In this document: positions 57,273 to 64,000 of the stretch, in pieces | Numbering within the stretch: position 1 is the first letter of the stretch | Layout of the letters: each line of letters starts with the position of its first letter | NCBI GenBank assembly: GCA_004213955.1 | Contig: SGZL01000003.1 | Coordinates: 2,616-66,615 of the forward strand | From: Gammaproteobacteria bacterium | Lineage (GTDB): Bacteria; Pseudomonadota; Gammaproteobacteria; Magnimaribacterales; AG-339-G14 | DNA length: 64,000 bases | Direction: 5' to 3' | Made by a program: the position numbers and the translations under genes | The notes under the pieces: generated by a model | What the model saw: the letters and a program-made list of their open reading frames with translations, nothing else | Databases searched by the model: none | Told to the model about the DNA's origin: nothing

Positions 57273-59839
57273 CTATTTTCAATAGTTATCGAAGGTAAAG
57301 TAGCATTATCTGCTGCTTTTTTATAAGCCTCAATCTCATTGAAATTCATATATCTAAAAATTTCAGATGACATGGTGTTAATCTCTTTCATGTGAGATAG
57401 GTACTCATCAACGTTTGGAAGTTTTCCTAAAATTGCAGAAATTGCTGCTAATTCAGCCGAGGCTAAATAGACATTTGCACCGTCTCCAAGTCTATTCGGA
57501 AAATTTCTAGTCGAAGTAGACACGACCGTAGAATTTGGTTCAACTCTTGCCTGATTACCCATGCAGAGAGAACAGCCTGGGACTTCAGTTCTCACTCCAG
57601 CATTTTCAAAGATTTTGTAAAAACCTTCTTCTTCTAATTGAAATTTATCCATTTTAGTTGGCGGAGATATCCAAAGTCTTGTTGGTAGAGATGAAGTTTT
57701 TTCAAGAAGTTTTCCTGCAGCTCTAAAGTGACCAATATTAGTCATACATGAGCCAATAAACACTTCATCAATTTTATCTTCCCCGATTTCAGACAGACTT
57801 TTAACATCATCAGGATCATTTGGGCACGCCAATAAGGGCTCTTTTATTTCATTCAAATCAATTTCAATTACTTCAGCATATTTTGCATTTTTGTCCGGCT
57901 GCATTAATACTGGATTGGCAAGCCATTGTTCCATCTTTTGGGCTCGCCTTTCTAAAGTTCTAGCATCTCCATAACCTTCAGAAATCAACCACCTCAGTAA
58001 AATGATATTTGAATTTAAATATTCAATAATTGGATCTTCGCCTAGAAGAACAGTACAGCCAGAAGCAGACCTCTCAGCAGAAGCATCTGACAACTCAAAT
58101 GCTTGTTCAATCTTTAAGTTAGGTAAACCTTCTATTTCTAAGCACCTTCCCGAAAAAATATTTTTTTTACCTTCTTTTTCGACTGTCAATAAACCCTTTT
58201 TAATTGCAGCGTAGGGAATTGCATTAACTAGATCCCTTAGAGTAATACCGGGTTGCATTTCACCTGAAAATCTTACTAAAACCGATTCGGGCATATCCAA
58301 GGGAATAACTCCTAAAGCTGCTCCAAAAGCAACTAAACCTGATCCAGCTGGAAAACTTATTCCAATTGGAAATCTGGTATGAGAATCACCGCCAGTTCCT
58401 ACAGTATCAGGCAGGAGCATCCTATTTAACCAAGAATGAATAATTCCATCTCCAGGTTTTAAAGCTATACCTCCTCTTGTTTTAATGAACTCAGGTAGAG
58501 TGTGTTGAGTTTCAATATCAACTGGCTTTGGATAAGCCGCAGTATGACAAAAAGACTGCATTACTAAATCTGAAGTAAAACCTAAACATGCCAACTCTTT
58601 GAGTTCATCTCTAGTCATTGGACCGGTTGTATCTTGAGAACCAACTGTCGTCATAATTGGCTCACAATAAGTTCCAGGCCTAATTCCTTTCACCCCACAA
58701 GCTTTACCAACCATTTTTTGAGCAAGAGTAAATCCTTCTTCTGAATCATCTTTGTCTCCAGGTCTAACAAAAACCTCACTAGGTTTTAAATTAAGAAATT
58801 CTCTAGTTTTGTCAGTTAAACTTCTTCCAATGATTAACGGGATTCTCCCTCCAGCTCTTACTTCATCAAGAAAAGTTTCGGACTTGAATTCAAATTTAGA
58901 AATTACTTCATTTTTCTCGTTCTTTATTTTGCCTTCAAAAGGATAGATTGAAATCACATCACCAGTCTTCATTTTTTCAACATCAGCTTCAAAAACTATT
59001 GTCCCTGCATCTTCCATTGTATTAAAGAATATCGGAGCTATTTTTCCTCCAATACATATTCCGCCTGTTTTTTTATTTGGAATGAAAGGGATCTCATCAC
59101 CCATGTGCCATAAAACCGAATTTGTTGCAGATTTTCGGGAGGACCCAGTGCCTACTACGTCTCCAACAAGAGCCACTGGAAAGCCTTTTTCTTTTAATTT
59201 ATTTATTGTTTCAATCGGATCAGATATACCTTCTCTAGGCATTTTGTACATAGCTAAAGCATGCAATGGAATATCTGGCCTTGACCAAGCATCTGGAGCG
59301 GGAGAAAGATCGTCTGTATTTGTTTCTCCGGGTACTTTGAAAACTGTTGTTTTAATTAAATCTGGAATCTCAGGTTTTGATAAAAACCATTCCGCTTCTG
59401 CCCATGAATTTAGTATTTTTTTTGCATTGTCAGACTCATTAGATAAATCAGCAATATCATTGAAGGCATCAAAGATTAATAAAGTTTTTGATAAAGCTTC
59501 TACTGCAACTTCTCCACACTCTTGGTCGTCTATCAAATTTATCAATGGCTCAACGTTATATCCGCCAAGCATTGTGCCAAGATAAAAAGTTGCTTCTTTA
59601 GGAGAAATTAATTCACATTGAATTTTTCTTTGGGAAATGTCTGCTAAGAACGCTGCCTTAACATAGGCTGCGTCATCAACCCCCGCAGGAACTCGATTGA
59701 TTAGAAGATCTAGAAGTTCTTTACTATTCTCATTTTTAATGAGCTCTACTAATTCAGATGTTTGTTCAGCACTCAATGGAAGAGGAGGAATTCCAAGATC
59801 ATCTCTCTCCTTGAAAGATTTATTATAATTTTCAAGCAT
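57269..59839 (-). CDS. acnB: Aconitate hydratase B (bifunctional aconitase / 2-methylisocitrate dehydratase)
   Basis: 856 aa. It has the AcnB-specific N-terminal HEAT-like domain ([18 protein letters not shown]) and the [18 protein letters not shown] and [11 protein letters not shown] Fe-S motifs. Confidence 0.95.
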   Translation of the reverse strand: MLENYNKSFKERDDLGIPPLPLSAEQTSELVELIKNENSKELLDLLINRVPAGVDDAAYVKAAFLADISQRKIQCELISPKEATFYLGTMLGGYNVEPLINLIDDQECGEVAVEALSKTLLIFDAFNDIADLSNESDNAKKILNSWAEAEWFLSKPEIPDLIKTTVFKVPGETNTDDLSPAPDAWSRPDIPLHALAMYKMPREGISDPIETINKLKEKGFPVALVGDVVGTGSSRKSATNSVLWHMGDEIPFIPNKKTGGICIGGKIAPIFFNTMEDAGTIVFEADVEKMKTGDVISIYPFEGKIKNEKNEVISKFEFKSETFLDEVRAGGRIPLIIGRSLTDKTREFLNLKPSEVFVRPGDKDDSEEGFTLAQKMVGKACGVKGIRPGTYCEPIMTTVGSQDTTGPMTRDELKELACLGFTSDLVMQSFCHTAAYPKPVDIETQHTLPEFIKTRGGIALKPGDGIIHSWLNRMLLPDTVGTGGDSHTRFPIGISFPAGSGLVAFGAALGVIPLDMPESVLVRFSGEMQPGITLRDLVNAIPYAAIKKGLLTVEKEGKKNIFSGRCLEIEGLPNLKIEQAFELSDASAERSASGCTVLLGEDPIIEYLNSNIILLRWLISEGYGDARTLERRAQKMEQWLANPVLMQPDKNAKYAEVIEIDLNEIKEPLLACPNDPDDVKSLSEIGEDKIDEVFIGSCMTNIGHFRAAGKLLEKTSSLPTRLWISPPTKMDKFQLEEEGFYKIFENAGVRTEVPGCSLCMGNQARVEPNSTVVSTSTRNFPNRLGDGANVYLASAELAAISAILGKLPNVDEYLSHMKEINTMSSEIFRYMNFNEIEAYKKAADNATLPSITIENS

Positions 59840-59870
59840 ATATTCTTAATAAAATTGGTAATATATTAAC

Positions 59871-60338
59871 ATGTCTAATGAAATTTCTGTTCGAACGAGA
59901 ACACCCTGTGTGGGTATTTGTTCCACAACATACGGAGATGATGTTTGTAGAGGATGTAAAAGATTTATTCACGAAGTAATAAATTGGAATTCATTTAAGC
60001 CTGAAGAAAAAGAGGCTGTTTGGAAACGACTTGAACAATTAAAAACACTTATTATGGAATCGAAGGTTTCAATAAACGATGAGAATTTAATGGAATCAAA
60101 AATCTCAGAACTCCAATTAAAAATTAATAAAGACTTAAACCCACTATCGAAAGTTTTTGAAATTGTAAAATTAACCAGTACAAGTTTTAAGGATCTTAAA
60201 GAATTTGGAATTCATCTTCATAATGAAGGAAGCTTGATCTCCCTAAAAGAGGAAATAGAAACTGAACTTTATGAGTTGTCAAAAGCTCATTTCAACAGGT
60301 ATTTTGTTGAGCCAACAGAAAATTTAAAGAAAAATTAA
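59871..60338 (+). CDS. DUF1289 (YdhL-like Cys-rich) domain protein with C-terminal extension
   Basis: The N-terminal TPCVGICSTTYGDDVCRGCKRFIHEVINW matches the DUF1289 CxxxC...CxxC pattern. About 100 additional helical-looking residues follow. Confidence 0.6.
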   Translation: MSNEISVRTRTPCVGICSTTYGDDVCRGCKRFIHEVINWNSFKPEEKEAVWKRLEQLKTLIMESKVSINDENLMESKISELQLKINKDLNPLSKVFEIVKLTSTSFKDLKEFGIHLHNEGSLISLKEEIETELYELSKAHFNRYFVEPTENLKKN

Positions 60339-61045
60339 ATTTTTTCTTTTAGCAGATTTAGATTTCCTTCTGAGCTTTCTATAAACCATAAGAAATCACC
60401 CCAATCGCCTAAGACCATTCTTGGCACTCCATTCTCATCATGAATAAAAGGTCGATGAGTATGACCATGTATTAAAACATCTACTGAATGATTCTCGATA
60501 ATTTTGAGAACTTCACTCTGATTTACATCCATTATATTTTCGTCTTTAGTTTGATTCTCTAAAGAGCTAATTTCTCTGAGATTCTTAGCCACTTCTTTTC
60601 TTTCTTTTAGATCTTTGGAAAGAAAATCTTCTTGCCAGTCTTTACTGCGAACTAAATTTCTGAAATTCTGATAGTCTTCATCATCGGTACAAAGAGAATC
60701 TCCGTGCATTAACATAATTTTTTTTTCTTCAAGATTAATAATGTAAGGATCATCCAGCAATATTGCTCCTACCTCCTTACAGAATTTATCTCCAATTAGA
60801 AAATCTCTGTTTCCGTGCATGAAATAAACTGTTAAACCTTTTGCAGTTTTATCTTTAAGGATATTTTTTACACTTTTAATAAAATCATCTTCATTATCAT
60901 CTCCTATCCATTGTTCAAAAAAATCTCCTAGAATAAACAATTCGTCATGTAAATTAACTTTAGAATCGATAAAATTTTTAAAAGCTTTAGTAAGATGAGG
61001 TTTGTTTTGTTCCAGATGTAAGTCAGATATAAAAAAAACAGACAT
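60335..61045 (-). CDS. lpxH: UDP-2,3-diacylglucosamine diphosphatase
   Basis: Calcineurin-like motifs: FFISDLHL, ILGDFFE, MHGNRDF and HGHTHRP. Confidence 0.9.
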   Translation of the reverse strand: MSVFFISDLHLEQNKPHLTKAFKNFIDSKVNLHDELFILGDFFEQWIGDDNEDDFIKSVKNILKDKTAKGLTVYFMHGNRDFLIGDKFCKEVGAILLDDPYIINLEEKKIMLMHGDSLCTDDEDYQNFRNLVRSKDWQEDFLSKDLKERKEVAKNLREISSLENQTKDENIMDVNQSEVLKIIENHSVDVLIHGHTHRPFIHDENGVPRMVLGDWGDFLWFIESSEGNLNLLKEKI

Positions 61046-61048
61046 TAG

Positions 61049-61543
61049 TCATTTTCTTGTGACACTAATCATATATACATCTTCTACAGGAACGTCTTGA
61101 TGGCCAGAAACAAAAGTAGTTTTTACTTTTGCTATCTCATCAATAACTTCTTGACCAGAAGTAACTTTACCAAACACAGCGTAACCTCCTGAATTTGGAT
61201 AATCTAGAAATTCGTTATCCGCTAAATTTATAAAAAATTGAGAAGTTGCTGAATTTAAATCACTAGTTCTGGCCATTGAAAGAGTATATTTTTCATTTTT
61301 AAGGCCATTATCAGATTCATTAATAATTGGGGGTTTTGTGTCTTTCTGATTCATGCCTATTTCAAAACCACCTCCTTGAATAACAAAGTCAGGAATGATT
61401 CTATGAAATAAAACGTTCTCAAAAAAATTGTCGTCAACATATTCAGTAAAATTCTCTACAGTTACAGGAGCTTCATTTGGATAAAGTTCTATCTCAAAGT
61501 TACCCAAACTGGTTGTTACGGCTAATAATATTATTTCATTCAT
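61049..61543 (-). CDS. ppiB: Cyclophilin-type peptidyl-prolyl cis-trans isomerase
   Basis: FHRIIPDFVIQGGG, SMARTSDLNSATSQFFINL and YAVFGKV. ATG 61543 (MNEI..) is preferred over the track's TTG 61552. The lpxH-ppiB-cysS neighbourhood matches E. coli. Confidence 0.9.
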   Translation of the reverse strand: MNEIILLAVTTSLGNFEIELYPNEAPVTVENFTEYVDDNFFENVLFHRIIPDFVIQGGGFEIGMNQKDTKPPIINESDNGLKNEKYTLSMARTSDLNSATSQFFINLADNEFLDYPNSGGYAVFGKVTSGQEVIDEIAKVKTTFVSGHQDVPVEDVYMISVTRK

Positions 61544-61580
61544 GAGGAACAAGTATAATACTCTTAATTAAGAATAATAA

Positions 61581-62981
61581 ATGAAAATTTTTAATAGCCT
61601 TTCTTCATCAAAAGAAGATTTTACTCCACTTAATAAAGACAAAATAAAATTGTATGTTTGTGGAATGACAGTTTACGACGACTGTCACATAGGACATGCG
61701 AGGACTTTCTTAACTTTTGATTTATTTGTCAGATTTTTTTCTTTCTTAGGTTTTGATGTTAATTACATAAGAAATATAACTGATATAGAAGATAAAATTA
61801 TTGATAAGGCTTTACTAGAAAAAGTTAAATTTAATGAAATCTCTAATAGATTCATCATTTCAATGAATGAAGATTTTAAAAAATTAAATTTACTTTCTCC
61901 TAATAATGAGCCAAAGGCATCCGATCACATCAATGAAATACTAGAAATGATAGAAACTTTAGAATCTAATGATTATGCTTATTCTTCTGAAGGTGGAGAT
62001 GTTTATTTTGATATAAGTTCCTATGAAGAATATGGAAAACTTTCTAAAAGAAATTTAGATGAATTAGATGCTGGAGTTAGGATTGAAATAGATAAGTTCA
62101 AAAAAAATCCTAATGACTTTGTTCTTTGGAAAAAAACTTCAGTAGAGCCCAACTGGGATTCTAAATGGGGAAAGGGAAGGCCTGGGTGGCACATTGAATG
62201 TTCTGCAATGAGTAAAAAATTTTTAGGAGAAAATTTTGATATTCATGGAGGCGGCCTAGATTTAAAATTTCCACATCATGAGAATGAGATCGCTCAATCA
62301 GAATGTTGTTCTGGAAAGAATTTTGCTAATTATTGGATGCATGTAGCTCCTTTAAATGTAGAAGGAAAAAAGATGTCAAAATCTTTAAATAATTTTATAA
62401 CTATAAAAAAAGTATTAGAAGAATTTCATCCTGAAGTAATGAGAATGTTTTTTTATTTAACCCACTATAGAAAGCCGATTAATTTCACAACTAATTCAAT
62501 AAATGAGGCGAAAAATATTTTAGATAAATTTTATAAAAGTCTTAGAGATACTGATTTTACAGAGACTCAGATTGATTTAGATTATAAAAATAAATTTGAA
62601 GAGTCTTTGAGGGACGATTTTAACACTCCGAAAGCAATAAAAATTTTACAAGAACTAGTACAAAAAATTAATAAGACAAAGTCTTTAGAAGAAATGCTAA
62701 TTTTAAAATTTAGTTTAAAGGAACTGTCACAAGCTATTGGACTTCTAAATGATAAAGCTGAGAATTATTTTAAATATTCGCTTTCAAATGAGATAAGTGA
62801 AGCAGAGATTGAAGAACTAGTATTTAAAAGAAATGACGCGAGACAAAAAAAAGATTTTCAAAAAGCTGACGATTTAAGGAATGAACTACTTGAAAAGGGC
62901 ATTGTCTTAGAAGATAAGGCTGACGAGACCTATTGGGTTAGAAAAAAAACTAAAAAAGTTGGTAAAAATAATAAATCGTAA
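61581..62981 (+). CDS. cysS: Cysteine--tRNA ligase
   Basis: The class I motifs HIGHAR (HIGH) and KMSKS are present, along with the Zn ligand context GWHIECS. Confidence 0.95.
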   Translation: MKIFNSLSSSKEDFTPLNKDKIKLYVCGMTVYDDCHIGHARTFLTFDLFVRFFSFLGFDVNYIRNITDIEDKIIDKALLEKVKFNEISNRFIISMNEDFKKLNLLSPNNEPKASDHINEILEMIETLESNDYAYSSEGGDVYFDISSYEEYGKLSKRNLDELDAGVRIEIDKFKKNPNDFVLWKKTSVEPNWDSKWGKGRPGWHIECSAMSKKFLGENFDIHGGGLDLKFPHHENEIAQSECCSGKNFANYWMHVAPLNVEGKKMSKSLNNFITIKKVLEEFHPEVMRMFFYLTHYRKPINFTTNSINEAKNILDKFYKSLRDTDFTETQIDLDYKNKFEESLRDDFNTPKAIKILQELVQKINKTKSLEEMLILKFSLKELSQAIGLLNDKAENYFKYSLSNEISEAEIEELVFKRNDARQKKDFQKADDLRNELLEKGIVLEDKADETYWVRKKTKKVGKNNKS

Positions 62982-63888
62982 AAATCAAAAGCAAAGCCGC
63001 CATGAGCGGCGCAGTTTTCCTTTTGAATGAGCTTTCAAAAGTTCCTAAACTCAAATAAGTAATAAATATTGCAGTCAAAATAGCCATCATCAGATAGTCC
63101 CTGGTAAGAATATTTGCTTCGAAAACTTTTACAAAACTTAATCCTATTATTGGGAAAACTAAAACAATGTTGAGAATATTTGAACCAACTATGTTTCCAA
63201 TGACAAGGTTTCCCTTTTTTTGTTTTAAAGCAGAAAATGAGGTAGCAAGTTCAGGAAGGCTAGTACCTATCGCAACCATTGTTAAGCCAACTACGGTATC
63301 TGATATTCCGATTAAAGATGCTAACTTTGATCCATAATTTACAGTCAGTTCAGATCCTATCAACAAGAGGACTAGACTCAAGAATGAGAATGATGTGAGA
63401 GAGAAAGCACTTTTCGTTACTGGCGTCACTAATTCTTCTTGAGGTTTCTGACGAATTAAATGTAATAGAAATAATATAAATAACCCAATCATCAAAATTG
63501 AATCACTGGAAGATATTTTGTAATCAAAAAGTACATATCCAGCGAGTAGAGTTGTAAGAAACAATAGAAAAATATCTCTTAAATTGAGAGTGATAGATGA
63601 TTTAGAAATAAAAAAACAAGCAAATCCAAAGACAATTCCTAAATTAGCAATATTCGAACCAATTGAATTTCCCATTGCTATTTCAGGTTTTAAATTCACT
63701 ACCGACGATATGCTGACGAAAACCTCAGGAATAGAAGTTCCTAGGGCAACAACTGTAATTCCAAGGAACATGTCACTTAAACCAATTTTTTTGCCTAAAT
63801 CTGATATGTTATCTATAAATAAATCAGCTCCTTTTACTAATAAGATTAACCCAATAGATAGAAACGACGCTGGTAGAAGAAATTCCAT
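62950..63888 (-). CDS. CaCA-family Na+/Ca2+ exchanger-like membrane protein (YrbG-like)
   Basis: 312 aa with two internal alpha-repeats (GTSIPEVFVS / GNSIGSNIAN and GTSLPELATS / GNIVGSNILN). Confidence 0.8.
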   Translation of the reverse strand: MEFLLPASFLSIGLILLVKGADLFIDNISDLGKKIGLSDMFLGITVVALGTSIPEVFVSISSVVNLKPEIAMGNSIGSNIANLGIVFGFACFFISKSSITLNLRDIFLLFLTTLLAGYVLFDYKISSSDSILMIGLFILFLLHLIRQKPQEELVTPVTKSAFSLTSFSFLSLVLLLIGSELTVNYGSKLASLIGISDTVVGLTMVAIGTSLPELATSFSALKQKKGNLVIGNIVGSNILNIVLVFPIIGLSFVKVFEANILTRDYLMMAILTAIFITYLSLGTFESSFKRKTAPLMAALLLIFTIYYFYQLF

Positions 63889-64000
63889 TTTTATAAGTTT
63901 GCCTTAATTACATACCTACAATATTCGCAATTTTTACTTGGACTTGGGGCTTGATCTGAGTCTAAACAAAGTTTCATTTTTTTTATTGTACTTGGAATCC

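Noticed and set aside
59082-59585. A 167-aa ORF on the + strand inside acnB. Similar long antisense ORFs occur at 30250-30729 (inside the acyl-CoA dehydrogenase), 34727-35131 (inside topA), 41039-41365 (inside prpC) and 46919-47230 (inside leuB).
   Set aside because: Each lies entirely antisense to a strongly conserved gene. The translations are low-complexity and Ser/Pro/Leu- or Lys-rich, with no recognisable motifs. They are typical shadow ORFs of the comparatively GC-richer conserved genes.
63891-63977. A 28-codon minus-strand ORF (MKLCLDSDQAPSPSKNCEYCRYVIKANL) ending 2 nt before the yrbG-like start.
   Set aside because: It has no SD and no recognisable motif beyond three Cys. It lies at the window edge, where the upstream context is missing, so it cannot be supported from sequence alone.
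1-64000. A search for tRNA or rRNA genes, CRISPR arrays, IS elements, integrases, toxin-antitoxin pairs, restriction-modification systems or known defence-system genes.
   Set aside because: No intergenic gap exceeds ~195 nt. No direct-repeat/spacer periodicity was seen. No product shows transposase, integrase, nuclease or methylase motifs. The window appears to be core chromosome plus a small metabolic accessory region.

Overview
This is an AT-rich (roughly one-third G+C by eye), extremely gene-dense chromosomal segment. I call about 67 protein-coding genes and found no rRNA, tRNA, CRISPR array, transposase, integrase or phage genes. All family assignments come from motifs I recognise in the supplied translations; no database search was possible.

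The gene content points to a streamlined Gram-negative gammaproteobacterium: LpxH, AcnB, FimV, a TonB-dependent receptor, LexA with a gamma-type SOS box, and the leuCDB-asd-fimV-truA-trpF...accD-folC-cvpA-purF gene order known from Pseudomonas. A SAR86-like marine lineage is my guess only.

Most of the window is housekeeping:
- Nucleotide metabolism: guaA (3' end), guaC, pyrD, purF
- Amino-acid biosynthesis: aroC, leuCDB, asd, trpFBA
- DNA, RNA and translation: def, tadA, xthA, topA, lexA, truA, cysS
- Other core functions: pgi, prc, nadK, cysB, thrH, prpBCD, accD, folC, cvpA, acnB, lpxH, ppiB

The accessory-looking part is about 11.0-22.4 kb and has two pieces:
- A co-directional six-gene string: two GSTs, a DoxX-like membrane protein, a signal-peptide-bearing PhlG-like hydrolase, an uncharacterised possibly Nmad3-like protein, and a DUF962/Mpo1-like protein. 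It ends at the only convincing intrinsic terminator in the window.
- A large TonB-dependent receptor flanked by a secreted SGNH-type esterase, an alpha/beta-hydrolase fused to an ~8-TM membrane domain, a CmcJ/NvfI-like oxygenase and another GST.

I regard these two clusters as the best candidates for an undescribed uptake/detoxification system.

Other notable points:
- A Fur box lies upstream of the Fe(III) ABC transporter.
- A perfect SOS box overlaps a TATAAT that sits 6 nt from the lexA ATG, so the mRNA is probably leaderless.
- In an adjacent acyl-CoA dehydrogenase pair, one member lacks both catalytic-Glu positions.
- 3'-end overlaps of convergent genes are pervasive.
- Several proteins are domain-minimised: MazG, FbpC and FimV.
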